This document shows positions 47,039-56,649 of a stretch of 64,000 nucleotides of DNA, piece by piece. The DNA is from an uncultured Acidobacteriota bacterium (GTDB taxonomy: Bacteria; Acidobacteriota; Terriglobia; Acidiferrales; UBA7541). Numbering within the stretch: the first letter of the stretch is position 1; every line of letters starts with the position of its first letter. The notes under the pieces were generated by a model, which was not told the origin of the DNA, searched no databases, and was given only the letters and a program-made list of their open reading frames with translations. Made by a program: the position numbers and the translations under genes. The stretch is from NCBI GenBank assembly GCA_963741045.1, contig CAVUGO010000006.1:72934-136933 (forward strand), written 5' to 3'.

Positions 47039-48427
47039 TTACAGTTTATTGAGCCCGTCGAGCGCCGCGACCTTGTACGCCTCGGCGAGCGTCGGATAAT
47101 TGAACACCGTATCGCGGAAATATTCGATGGAGCCGCCGTACGCAAGCACCGCTTGGCCGATGTGAATAATTTCCGTGGCGCGCTGCCCGATCGCGTGAAC
47201 GCCCAGCAGCTTTCGCGTATTGCGGTCGAACAATAACTTCAGCATTCCGCTCTCATCTCCCAGCATCATGCTCTTCGCCAGCTCTTTGTATTTCGCCATG
47301 CCCACTTCGTACGGCACCTTCGATTCGGTGAGCTTTTCCTCGGTTTGCCCCACCATCGAAATTTCCGGAATCGTGTAAATGCCGTACGGAAATAGCGCCG
47401 ACATATTTTGCGAGGGCGCGCCGAACATGTGGCAGCTCGCGAGACGTCCCTGCTCCATTGAAGTGCTGGCCAGCGCCGGGAATCCGATTACGTCGCCCGC
47501 GGCATAAATATGCGGCACCGCAGTCTGATATTCCGCGTTGACCGTCACCTTGCCGCGCGGGTCAGGCTGCAACCCGGCCGCTTCAAGCCCAATCTGGTCA
47601 CCGTTCGCCTGGCGGCCCACCGCGTACAGCAGCGCATTGGCCTGCACTTTCTTGCCACTCTCGAGTTCCGCGAACACGCGATCGCGCTGCTCGTCGAATC
47701 CCACGCGGGTCACCTTATCGCCCAGCCGAAAAGTAGTCCCCATCTGCCGCAGATGATAGGCGAGCGCCTCAATGATTTCCCGGTCCACAAAATCCAGCAG
47801 CTGCGGACGCTGATCGATCAGCGTTACCTCCACGCCCATCGCCGCCATGAACGACGTGTATTCCAAGCCCACCACGCCCGCGCCCACAACAATCAATTCG
47901 CGCGGCAGCCCCTGCAGCCCGTTGATTTGATCCGTGTCAAACACGCGCTTACCATCAAATGGAATCTCCGTGTTCCCTGCAGGCCGCGTCCCGCATGCAA
48001 TCAGGACGTGTTCGCTTCGAATGACGGTCTTGTCGGTGTCGCCCTGAATCTCGATGGTGTGCGGATCGACGAAATGAGCCATGCCCTGGTAAATGCACAC
48101 GCCGTTCCGCTTCAGTTGCGCGCGAATCACGTCGGTCTCGCGTGCCACCACGCTTTGCACGCGAAACGCGAGGTCCTTCACGGAAATATCGCCATTCCCG
48201 CGATACGCGTCGCCGTAGAATGATTTCACAGCCGATCCCGTAAGCTGAAAAATCGCTTCGCGCACGCTCTTGCTCGGAATCGTGCCCGTATGGACGCACA
48301 CCCCGCCCATCATCACCGTGCGGTCGACCACCGCAACGCGCTTGCGCAGTTTCGCCGCACAGATCGCGCCTTTTTGCCCGGCCGGGCCGCTTCCAATCAC
48401 TACTAGGTCAAAGTCTTGGCCACTCAT
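47039..48427 (-). CDS. sthA: Soluble pyridine nucleotide transhydrogenase (Si-specific)
   Basis: FAD motif VIGSGPAGQ. GGVCVHTGTIPSK has Thr in place of the second redox Cys, as in SthA/UdhA rather than Lpd. An NAD motif and a dimerisation domain are also present. Confidence 0.75.
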   Translation of the reverse strand: MSGQDFDLVVIGSGPAGQKGAICAAKLRKRVAVVDRTVMMGGVCVHTGTIPSKSVREAIFQLTGSAVKSFYGDAYRGNGDISVKDLAFRVQSVVARETDVIRAQLKRNGVCIYQGMAHFVDPHTIEIQGDTDKTVIRSEHVLIACGTRPAGNTEIPFDGKRVFDTDQINGLQGLPRELIVVGAGVVGLEYTSFMAAMGVEVTLIDQRPQLLDFVDREIIEALAYHLRQMGTTFRLGDKVTRVGFDEQRDRVFAELESGKKVQANALLYAVGRQANGDQIGLEAAGLQPDPRGKVTVNAEYQTAVPHIYAAGDVIGFPALASTSMEQGRLASCHMFGAPSQNMSALFPYGIYTIPEISMVGQTEEKLTESKVPYEVGMAKYKELAKSMMLGDESGMLKLLFDRNTRKLLGVHAIGQRATEIIHIGQAVLAYGGSIEYFRDTVFNYPTLAEAYKVAALDGLNKL

Positions 48428-48653
48428 AGGAGTCGTTTACTCTATCTCCGAATAAAATTACGCACAACGGCTGATACTTGGATGCGCGCAGCGAACAAAT
48501 TTCGAGAAATCCGCCTCATTCGGAAGGGGTGGGCGAGGCGCGCCCGGAGGAAATTCTCCTACGGATATCTTACAGAATTGTGAATGGATTGCGGCCGGGA
48601 AAGTCGGAAGCTGTTCCACCCGAGGCAGTTCGGATCAAGCCGCGAGTGGCAAG

Positions 48654-49031
48654 TCAGGCCAGCGCAATCATATCGATTTCCACGCGAAAATCGCGCGGCA
48701 AGCGTGCGGCTTCGATGGTGGTGCGCGCGGGCGCGTTCGCCGGGAAATAGCGCGCATACACTTCGTTCATCGCCTGGAAATCATTCATGTCTTTCAGGAA
48801 GACGCCTACGCGTACCGCGCGGTCCAGCGATGAGCCCGCGGCTTCGACGATTGCTTTCAGATTCTCGAGACATCGCGCCGTCTGTTCCGCCACCCCTCCT
48901 TCCACAATTTTCCCGGTGGCGGGATCGCCTGCACCCTGGCCGGAAACGAAAATGAAGCCATTGGCCTTGATGGCCTGCGAGTAGGGACCGATCGCTTTCG
49001 GTCCTTTGTCGGTGGAAATCACTTCTTTCAC
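48654..49031 (-). CDS. ridA: RidA/YjgF family enamine-imine deaminase
   Basis: 125 aa with GPYSQAIKANGFIFVSGQ, PARTTIEAARLP and VEIDMIA. Confidence 0.85.
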   Translation of the reverse strand: MKEVISTDKGPKAIGPYSQAIKANGFIFVSGQGAGDPATGKIVEGGVAEQTARCLENLKAIVEAAGSSLDRAVRVGVFLKDMNDFQAMNEVYARYFPANAPARTTIEAARLPRDFRVEIDMIALA

Positions 49032-49070
49032 GATGCCTCCTGAATAAACGGATGAGAGGATATTGGATGG

Positions 49071-50603
49071 CTAAGGACGCGATTCGTTAGCGGGCTGATA
49101 CTTCGCGCGAAAATCGTTCGGGATTCCCAATTCGTAGAGCCACGTCCGGAAAAACTCCGCCAGATCTTTCCCGCTTTCCTGCTCGATCGCAGAGCGGATT
49201 TCGTTGTAGCCGACCTGCTGGCCGCGAAGCAGGCTGATCACCCGCTTGAGTGCCGCGCGCACCGGCGCCTCTCCGCATTTGTCTTCCAGCGCGATAAAAA
49301 ACAAAGGCGCCTTCGCAAGGCTGATGGCGCGCTGTTCAGGCGGATCGGTCAGTTTGGCATCACCGAGTGGAATTTCGACCGCTTTCTTCGAGGCGTCGTC
49401 ATACGCGCGCAGATAGTCCACGATGCGCTGGCGGCGGCCAGTTTCGCCTCTGCTTGCCTCATCGATCACAATCGTCGCGTATTCGGAAAGCCCTTCGCCG
49501 AGACCCAGCGCAGCAAACGGCGCGGGATAAATCTGCTGCCCGAACCAATCGTGCGCGATCGCATGTGTCACCTTATCGAGAAATTCCTCGTTGTTTCCCA
49601 GCGCCAGCGCCGCGCTGCTAACCAGCGCTCCACCAGGAAAAGCTGCGGCCGCCGGACCCGCCTCGCCCGTCAAATGATTACGCAGTTCGGGCGACTCAGC
49701 CACGTGTGGGCCGCTGATATGTCTGTCGAGCGGGCCAAAATCATTTTGCATTACGTTCCATGCCGATTCGATTCGTTGAGCGCTTGAGGTGATATCGCCC
49801 CTAAGTGGCTCAAGCATCCAGAACACGACCGAGCTTTTCTCACTTCGCGACGAAGATGCTTCGACGTACTGTCCGCCCACCACGAACGGCGCGAGTTCGT
49901 TCATCCCCACGATATAGCGGGACTCGATTTCATCGTCGGCCTTTTTCACGCCCGCCCTCTTGCCTCGCGAGAGCAGCAGAAAATTAGCAGGCGTTCGAAT
50001 CGTGACGAGCGTTTTGTCGGGCCGCTTCGGAAATGGTGACAGCGCATGATCGGGCGGCTGCAGGACCGCAAACCAGCCGCTGAAACCGAGGCTGAAAGTT
50101 TTTGGGCTCAGGGTGATTTGAGAGCCCGAATCGTCAGGCGAGCGCAGCTCATATTCGATCAGCAGTTCGCGCCTCTGCTTCTGCTCCCACGTGGATTCAA
50201 GCGGAATACGAAGCGTGTGCGGATGATCGTACTGAAGCTCCACGGGCAGCGGGACAGCTCTCACTTCATGCCCGTTCACCTCGACACGCAGATCGTTCAT
50301 GCCAAACGTCTTTTCCACGGGCAAAACCACGTCAATGAAACTCAGTTTCGAAGTGCCGGAATTCACCAGCGTGAACTGGCCGCGAACCTTCAGCTCCGGC
50401 GTCGCTCCGGAAACGAATTGTATTTCGCGCGACTCTTTGCTGATGGCGTAACCGGGAGCGAGCGGCACCGTGCAAGCGGCGCTCGAAATAAGGATGGCGA
50501 TGGTTGAGAGCGGCGCGAGGCGCGAATGGAATGCGGCGCGGGACAAGATGAGTGATTCTAACGGGCGGATGCCGTTTGGAGAAGTGCGAAACGCGATGTG
50601 CAC
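49071..50603 (-). CDS. M1-aminopeptidase-like protein with degenerate zinc motif (HAIAH)
   Basis: THAIAHDWFGQQ...GLGEGLSEYA aligns with the M1 pattern HExxHxWFG...EG..Y, but the catalytic Glu is Ala. Confidence 0.55.
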   Translation of the reverse strand: MHIAFRTSPNGIRPLESLILSRAAFHSRLAPLSTIAILISSAACTVPLAPGYAISKESREIQFVSGATPELKVRGQFTLVNSGTSKLSFIDVVLPVEKTFGMNDLRVEVNGHEVRAVPLPVELQYDHPHTLRIPLESTWEQKQRRELLIEYELRSPDDSGSQITLSPKTFSLGFSGWFAVLQPPDHALSPFPKRPDKTLVTIRTPANFLLLSRGKRAGVKKADDEIESRYIVGMNELAPFVVGGQYVEASSSRSEKSSVVFWMLEPLRGDITSSAQRIESAWNVMQNDFGPLDRHISGPHVAESPELRNHLTGEAGPAAAAFPGGALVSSAALALGNNEEFLDKVTHAIAHDWFGQQIYPAPFAALGLGEGLSEYATIVIDEASRGETGRRQRIVDYLRAYDDASKKAVEIPLGDAKLTDPPEQRAISLAKAPLFFIALEDKCGEAPVRAALKRVISLLRGQQVGYNEIRSAIEQESGKDLAEFFRTWLYELGIPNDFRAKYQPANESRP

Positions 50604-50609
50604 GACCGG

Positions 50610-51236
50610 CTAGGTTCCCGTGAACTTGCGAAGAATTTCTTTGTCAGTAGCGCGGTGCTTGCGCATCGCAAGAATTTGGTCTGCAGCAGAGTCGGGAATG
50701 CCGCGCTGTTCCAGCTCGAGAAGCGTGGATTCTCGCAGACCTGCATTTTTCAGCCTCCCCAGCGAAAGGCCCGAGAGCGACGGCGTGCCGGCCGCTTGAT
50801 GCTTTGCCATTTCGAGAATGATCGCGTCAGAGAGCCCGGCGAGCCGCACTACCTGAAACTCTCCAGCACCGACGCCGAGCTGATCCATCCGGGCGAGCTC
50901 GAGAATGGTGTTTTCGCGCACACCCGCCTTTACGAGACCGGCCACTGCTTCGCCGGCTGCGAACGGCTTGCCACGCTGATGATAAATCTCCACGATGCTC
51001 ACGCACGAGTCGTCAGAAAATCCGGCGCTGCGCATCTTGGAAATTTCTGGGATTTCTTCGGGCGTGATTTTCAGCGCTTCGAGTTTTTTGATTGAAGCGT
51101 AACCGACGCCGGCAGCATCGAGGGGCTTCGTGTCGAGAGGCTGAAAATGTTTGCAGCCTGCCGCTGCAAGCAAGACGCACGCCGCGAAGCAAAGCAGTGA
51201 CGGCCGCCTAGACATTGTAGACGCGCTCGATGTCAA
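50610..51236 (-). CDS. Lipoprotein with 4-5 short internal repeats, hypothetical
   Basis: Lipobox LLAAAGC. Repeated AG(F/V/L)(S/R)(D/E)xx(I/L)LE(I/L/M)a units. The 5' end overlaps the relA/spoT 3' end. Confidence 0.5.
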   Translation of the reverse strand: MTSSASTMSRRPSLLCFAACVLLAAAGCKHFQPLDTKPLDAAGVGYASIKKLEALKITPEEIPEISKMRSAGFSDDSCVSIVEIYHQRGKPFAAGEAVAGLVKAGVRENTILELARMDQLGVGAGEFQVVRLAGLSDAIILEMAKHQAAGTPSLSGLSLGRLKNAGLRESTLLELEQRGIPDSAADQILAMRKHRATDKEILRKFTGT

Positions 51237-53409
51237 ACACTCCTGGGATGCGTTTGATGGAGCTTAGTATGCGCTCGAGCTGCTTGCGGTCGTGAACATC
51301 GAGCGCCACTTCCATGCGCGCGTGCAGCGCTTCACCGCCGCTTTCAAAGGTGCGAATGTTCGCGCCCGTGTCGCTGATCGCGCTGGTAATGCTGGCGAGA
51401 ATTCCGGGGCGGTCTTCAGTGAAAATTCGCAAGCGCACTGGGAACGTTGCTTGCGTCGTGCCGGCCCACTCCACCGGAATGCGCCGCTCGATTTCATATA
51501 AGAGATTCTGGACATTCGGACAGCTCTTGCTGTGCACGGCGATGCCGCGGCCACGCGTCACATAGCCGATGATATCGTCGCCGGGAATTGGAGTGCAGCA
51601 CTTCGAGCGATACACCATCAAGTCGTCGTGGCCGCCGCGCACCACGATCGCGCCTTCATTCATGCCGAGCATGCGCTTGACAGTGGAAACGATCTTCGGC
51701 TGTTTGTCTTCGCCCGGCTCGGCGATTGGCTGGCCGGTAGCCTTGGCGAGCACCTGGCGGGCGGACCATTTTCCGTAGCCGAGGTCGGCGTAGAGATCTT
51801 CTATGCGCCCGCAACCGTAGTCGGACGCGACGCGCTGCCAGTCCTCGTCGGATATTTTCTTCAGCGTGATGTTCGCTTGACGCGCTTCCTTTTCCAAGAG
51901 CCTGCGGCCAACATCCGTGGCCTGCTCGCGCTCATGCAGGTTAATCCACTGACGTATTTTGCTGCGGGCGCGCGAAGTGTGCACGAAGGTCAGCCAGTCG
52001 CGCGATGGCTCGTGTCCTTTCTGCGTGAGAATTTCGACCACATCGCCATTGGCCAGTGCGTGCCGCAGCGGCACCAGCGCGCCATTCACTTTTGCGCCGC
52101 TGCATTGATTTCCGACTTCCGTGTGAATCGCGTACGCGAAATCGACGGGCGTGGCGCTGCGCGGCAGCACGACGACGCGCCCCTTTGGCGAGAAGGTATA
52201 AACTTCTTCGGGATAGAGGTCCACGCGGAGCGTCGAGAGAAACTCGCTGGGCTCCTCCATTTCCTGCACCCACTCGATCAGCTGGCGCATCCAGACGATG
52301 CGCTGGTCGTCGGCCTGTGAAACCGCCCCGCCATCCTTATATTTCCAGTGAGCCGCGACGCCCTGCTCGGCGATGCGATGCATTTCCTGCGTGCGGATTT
52401 GAACTTCAAAAGGCTGGCCTGCGTGAATCACCGTGGTGTGAAGCGACTGATACAAATTGGGCCGCGGCATCGCGATGTAATCCTTGAAGCGCCCGGGAAC
52501 CGGCGGCCAGATCTGGTGGATCACGCCAAGCGCCGCGTAGCAATTCTTCACCGTGTCGGTGATCACGCGCAGGGCGAGGAGATCGAACACCTGATCGAGA
52601 GTGCGCTGCTGCTTTTGAATTTTCAGGTGGAGCGAATAGAGGCGCTTGATGCGCGCCTGCACTTCGGCGGGAATGCCGCTTTCGATCATCTTGCTGCGCA
52701 CGGCGTCCTGCACTTCGTGCAAGAACTTGTCGAAGACTTTTTGCTTGGTGCTGATTTTCTTCTGGATGTCGAGAAATGATTCGGGCTCGAGGTAGCGGAA
52801 CGCGAGATCTTCGAGCTCGCCGCGAATCAAGCCCATGCCCAGCCGGTTCGCAACCGGGGCATAGATGTCGAGCGTCTCGCGCGAGATGCGCTGCTGCCTT
52901 TCAGAATCGAGGAATTGCAGCGTGCGCATGTTGTGCAGGCGGTCGGCCAGTTTGATCATCACGACGCGCACGTCGTTGACCATGGCGAGCAGCATCTTGC
53001 GAACGTTTTCCGCCTGCCGCGCTTCCGGGGCGAGAAGGTCGAGCCGGCTGATTTTCGTGGCGCCTTCCACCAAACGCGCGACGTCTGCCCCGAACATTTC
53101 GTCAATTTGCGAAAGCGGAATTTTGGTGTCTTCGACGACATCGTGCAGTAGCGCGGCGCAGAGCGCGGTAACGTCGAGCCGCATGTCCGCCAGCAGGTGT
53201 GCCACTTCCACGGGATGCGAGAGGAAGGGTTCGCCCGAGAGCCGCGTTTGCGTTTTGTGCTGCTCGGCGGCGAAATCGAAGGCGCGGCGGAGAAGTTCGA
53301 GGTCGTCGCCCGGGCGGTTGCGGCGAACCTTGTCCATCAGCTCGACAAAGCGCAGATCGACGGCGCGCCGTGCGGCTGGGCTGATGGCCGATTTTGGTGC
53401 TGGATCCAT
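51208..53409 (-). CDS. spoT: Bifunctional (p)ppGpp synthetase/hydrolase (RelA/SpoT homologue)
   Basis: HD hydrolase domain (HPVEVA...LLHDVVEDT), RelA_SpoT synthetase block (YQSLHTTV), TGS (VYTFSPKGRVV..GATPVDFAY) and a C-terminal ACT. Confidence 0.9.
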   Translation of the reverse strand: MDPAPKSAISPAARRAVDLRFVELMDKVRRNRPGDDLELLRRAFDFAAEQHKTQTRLSGEPFLSHPVEVAHLLADMRLDVTALCAALLHDVVEDTKIPLSQIDEMFGADVARLVEGATKISRLDLLAPEARQAENVRKMLLAMVNDVRVVMIKLADRLHNMRTLQFLDSERQQRISRETLDIYAPVANRLGMGLIRGELEDLAFRYLEPESFLDIQKKISTKQKVFDKFLHEVQDAVRSKMIESGIPAEVQARIKRLYSLHLKIQKQQRTLDQVFDLLALRVITDTVKNCYAALGVIHQIWPPVPGRFKDYIAMPRPNLYQSLHTTVIHAGQPFEVQIRTQEMHRIAEQGVAAHWKYKDGGAVSQADDQRIVWMRQLIEWVQEMEEPSEFLSTLRVDLYPEEVYTFSPKGRVVVLPRSATPVDFAYAIHTEVGNQCSGAKVNGALVPLRHALANGDVVEILTQKGHEPSRDWLTFVHTSRARSKIRQWINLHEREQATDVGRRLLEKEARQANITLKKISDEDWQRVASDYGCGRIEDLYADLGYGKWSARQVLAKATGQPIAEPGEDKQPKIVSTVKRMLGMNEGAIVVRGGHDDLMVYRSKCCTPIPGDDIIGYVTRGRGIAVHSKSCPNVQNLLYEIERRIPVEWAGTTQATFPVRLRIFTEDRPGILASITSAISDTGANIRTFESGGEALHARMEVALDVHDRKQLERILSSIKRIPGVFDIERVYNV

Positions 53410-53906
53410 TAATGTGTGATTATTCTAATCGAGCCGGGCGGCGGCGGCCTCGGATTTATGAGCTTGTTCCGTACTAGAACCGGTGCGCCTGCGGGTGTTT
53501 TTGTGGGCTACGAAAACCGCGATTTATTTGCGATTAGACTTGCCTCCATTTCTTTGTTTTCAAATACTTACGTGGATTTCTAATTCCAGATTTGCGATTA
53601 GAAACTTGGACCCGATTACTCTCGGAAGTTTGGCCCATCTGGTCGTTCTGGCAACATGTAGTCATAACTCAATTGGCACGGTAGCATAGATAAAATAGAA
53701 CTTTCAAGAACCAGTACCTCCCTTACTTCAGTTGGCATGATCGACTCGCCGATGCGCTTGGCGTCTGTGGCATATCTGCTGAGTTCCGAGTAGGTCCGCT
53801 AGCAGGAGTCAGAAGATGAAAGATCAACTCTAGGAGCTGTTTGCAGCTTACTTGTCCGGTCTCTCAACTAATCAGAAGTTGAGCACATTGGGATCGGTAT
53901 CGGGAT

Positions 53907-54686
53907 TCATGGGCTGCTGACCGGGACCGGCTGCGCGACATAAATGTCTTTTGCGTAGCACGGTTGGTCGGCAATCGTTATCGCCGGAAGAATGGCGGCC
54001 TTGTCCGCTGCTACTTGAAAGTCGGCTGGCAATTTTACTGCAAACTGATAGACAGCTCCCGGGACTCCATAAAACTGATAAACGCCGCCCATGTCGGTCT
54101 GCGCCGATAGAGTAGTATTGGCCGACCGCAGGTTCACAGTAGCGTCAGGAATGCGATGGTTGAAGTCATCGGGCCCCGGTTCGGTCCTCAAAACACCCAC
54201 AACCGTAGCTCCTCCTCTTTTGCGTGCTCGTAGTTCTTTAAGAAGAGCGGTCGCGCTCGATATCGGCTGCGTTGCAGTACATATTCCGGCCATTAATCTG
54301 CCTGGCTCGGCTCCGTATATAGCCATTAATGCCGCAGTCCCCTTGTAAGGGGCCACGAAATACGATTCGCCCATCCGAAAATGGTAGCTACAGTCACCTC
54401 CTCCTCGTCCTGAGTAAATATCAACTTCTTTTTGCTCGAACCCGCTTATGTTTTCATCAATTCGAAATCGGTAGCGGGATAAACCGGATTGGTCAGCAAC
54501 AACTCGTTCATTTGGAGGATTGTCGATGTCGATTACGGTTCCGACGAAGCTGGGGCCAATCGGTTTCAAGTCAGCGCAATTGGAAGGACGAGGGCCTGTG
54601 CCACATGAACAAGCTGGCGAGCGCTCCGCAAAGAAAGTTCCTGCCGCCAGCAGCGCTATTGAAACACGAACCCACGCTCGACCCAT
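53907..54686 (-). CDS. Secreted hypothetical protein with C-terminal CarboxypepD_reg-like beta-sandwich
   Basis: Trimmed to ATG 54686 (MGRAWVRVSIALLAAGTFF signal). C-terminus VVGVLRTEPG...ATVNLRSANTTLSAQTDMGGVYQFYGVPGAVYQFAV. Confidence 0.5.
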   Translation of the reverse strand: MGRAWVRVSIALLAAGTFFAERSPACSCGTGPRPSNCADLKPIGPSFVGTVIDIDNPPNERVVADQSGLSRYRFRIDENISGFEQKEVDIYSGRGGGDCSYHFRMGESYFVAPYKGTAALMAIYGAEPGRLMAGICTATQPISSATALLKELRARKRGGATVVGVLRTEPGPDDFNHRIPDATVNLRSANTTLSAQTDMGGVYQFYGVPGAVYQFAVKLPADFQVAADKAAILPAITIADQPCYAKDIYVAQPVPVSSP

Positions 54687-54740
54687 GTGACTATGACTCC
54701 TTGGTGCACAAGTATACCCGAGCGGCAAGCGCGAGGACAT

Positions 54741-54760
54741 TCATTGACGTTTGTCGATGA
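54741..54760. promoter_or_regulatory. Imperfect palindrome upstream of arsR (candidate ArsR operator)
   Basis: TCATTGAC-gttt-GTCGATGA, with arms complementary at 7 of 8 positions. Overlaps a TTGACG -35-like hexamer 47 nt upstream of the arsR ATG. Confidence 0.35.
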
Positions 54761-54806
54761 ATAGAGTAGGCTCAAATGCGATAAGAATTGAGAGGCGGCT
54801 GATTCG

Positions 54807-55172
54807 ATGGCGCAGAAGACAAATTGCACGACAGATTGTGCGAATGGCAGCGGGGAGTGCTGCAGGACGGATGCGGGCCCGAAACTGAGCCGTGGGAGGG
54901 CGCGAGAGTATGCGGGGTGGTTTAAGGCCCTGGCCGATCCGACGCGGATTCGGATTCTCAATTTGCTGGCGGCGAATCGCGGGGCGGTGTGCGTGTGCGA
55001 CATCGTGAAGCATTTTCCGATCGGGCAGCCGACGATTTCGCACCATTTGAAGATTCTGCGAGACACGCGATTCGTGCAGTCGGAGCGGCGCGGAACGTTT
55101 ATGTACTACCGCGTGAACCGGAATTGCCTGGGTGAGTTCCCCAACGCAGCGCGATTAATCATGAATGTGTAA
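54807..55172 (+). CDS. arsR: ArsR/SmtB-family metalloregulator
   Basis: LADPTRIRILNLLAANRGAVCVCDIVKHFPIGQPTISHHLKILRD, with a CVC As(III) site in the HTH. The N-terminus carries extra Cys residues (CTTDCANGSGECC). Confidence 0.85.
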   Translation: MAQKTNCTTDCANGSGECCRTDAGPKLSRGRAREYAGWFKALADPTRIRILNLLAANRGAVCVCDIVKHFPIGQPTISHHLKILRDTRFVQSERRGTFMYYRVNRNCLGEFPNAARLIMNV

Positions 55173-55273
55173 CCAGCCAGGAACAGCATTTGCGGATATT
55201 TTTCGTGTGTAACATCGAATGTCGTCAATATTCAATGGATCGTATCTATTCAATGATCTCGAGGAGGAAGGCG

Positions 55274-56152
55274 ATGGCAAATGAAAACATCAAGGACGTG
55301 GTAAGAACGAAATATGGCGAGGCGGCACGGCGAGTAACGGCAGGAGCGGCAAGCGGTTGCGGATGCGGGACGAGCGCGACTGAATGCTGCGATCCAATCA
55401 CGTCGGATTTATATGCAGCGGGCGAGGTGGCGGAATTGCCGAAGGAGGTGGTGGCAGCTTCACTTGGATGCGGGAATCCTACGGCGCTGGCACAGCTGAA
55501 CGCGGGAGAGACTGTGCTGGACCTGGGATCCGGCGGGGGCATCGACGTGCTGCTTTCCGCGAAGCGGGTGGGGCCAACGGGAAAAGCGTACGGTCTCGAC
55601 ATGACCGACGAGATGCTGGCGCTGGCGCGAGAGAATCAACGGAAGGCGGGTGTGGAGAACGTGGAATTCCTGAAAGGCGAGATCGAAAACATACCGCTGC
55701 CGGAAAATTCGGTGGATGTGGTGATTTCGAATTGCGTGATTAATTTATCGGGTGACAAAGACCGCGTGTTACGGGAAGCATTCCGCGTGCTGCGGCCGGA
55801 CGGACGATTTGCGGTTTCCGATGTGGTGGTGCGCGGCGCCGTACCTGCCGAGATTCGGCGGAACGTGGAGTTGTGGGTGGGTTGCGTGGCCGGTGCGTTA
55901 GAAGAATCGGAATACCGGACGAAACTCGCGGCGGCGGGATTTGAAGATATCGAAATCGAGCCGACGCGTGTTTACAGCGTGGCGGATGCGCGGCAATTCC
56001 TTACGGCCCAGGGGATCGACGTGGACGCAATCGCGCCGCACGTGGAAGGCAAGTTCGCGAGCGCGTTCATTCGAGCGAAAAAGCCCGCGGTGGCAAAAAG
56101 CGCATCAGAACAGCCCTGCTGCGGGCCGGCTTGTTGCGCAGCGAAGGAGTGA
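55274..56152 (+). CDS. arsM: Arsenite S-adenosylmethionine methyltransferase
   Basis: Trimmed to the GAGGAGG-preceded ATG 55274. Conserved Cys (ECCDP, LGCGNP), SAM motif [11 protein letters not shown], and ISNCVINL. Confidence 0.85.
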   Translation: MANENIKDVVRTKYGEAARRVTAGAASGCGCGTSATECCDPITSDLYAAGEVAELPKEVVAASLGCGNPTALAQLNAGETVLDLGSGGGIDVLLSAKRVGPTGKAYGLDMTDEMLALARENQRKAGVENVEFLKGEIENIPLPENSVDVVISNCVINLSGDKDRVLREAFRVLRPDGRFAVSDVVVRGAVPAEIRRNVELWVGCVAGALEESEYRTKLAAAGFEDIEIEPTRVYSVADARQFLTAQGIDVDAIAPHVEGKFASAFIRAKKPAVAKSASEQPCCGPACCAAKE

Positions 56153-56157
56153 TCACC

Positions 56158-56649
56158 ATGACAGGACGTTACAACGTACTTTTCCTCTGTACCGGCAACT
56201 CGGCGCGGTCGATCATGGCTGAAGCGATTCTCAACCAGAAAGGCCGGCCTAATTTTCAGGCGTACAGCGCCGGCAGCCATCCAACCAGAAGAGTACGGCC
56301 AGAGGCACTGCGGCAGATCGAAGTCGCGCATTTACCCACGGAAGGTTTGCGCAGCAAGGACTGGGACGAATTTGCGAAGCCCGGCGCCCCTCAGATGAAT
56401 TTCGTTTTCACAGTGTGCGACAACGCGGCAAAGGAAGTTTGTCCCGTGTGGCCGGGCCAGCCGACGACGGCGCAGTGGGGCGTGCCGGATCCAGCAGCCG
56501 TCGAGGGTTCGCCGGAAGAGATCGAGCGGGCGTTTCGCGATGCTTTCATGACGCTCGATCGGAGAATCAGCCTGCTGCTTTGTTTGCCGCTTAGCAGCCT
56601 CGATAAGCTGGCGATCAAACGGGAAATCGATCGGATCGGGCAACAGTGA
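56158..56649 (+). CDS. arsC: Arsenate reductase, LMW-PTP/thioredoxin-coupled type
   Basis: P-loop LFLCTGNSARS, and the downstream Cys pair VCDNAAKEVCPVW. Confidence 0.85.
   Translation: MTGRYNVLFLCTGNSARSIMAEAILNQKGRPNFQAYSAGSHPTRRVRPEALRQIEVAHLPTEGLRSKDWDEFAKPGAPQMNFVFTVCDNAAKEVCPVWPGQPTTAQWGVPDPAAVEGSPEEIERAFRDAFMTLDRRISLLLCLPLSSLDKLAIKREIDRIGQQ

Noticed and set aside
53483-53689. 68-aa ORF in the AT-rich gap (also 23408-23647, 79 aa)
   Set aside because: Non-ATG starts, no SD and no recognisable domain. They lie in regulatory spacers. The DNA feature is kept as a finding, but no gene is called.
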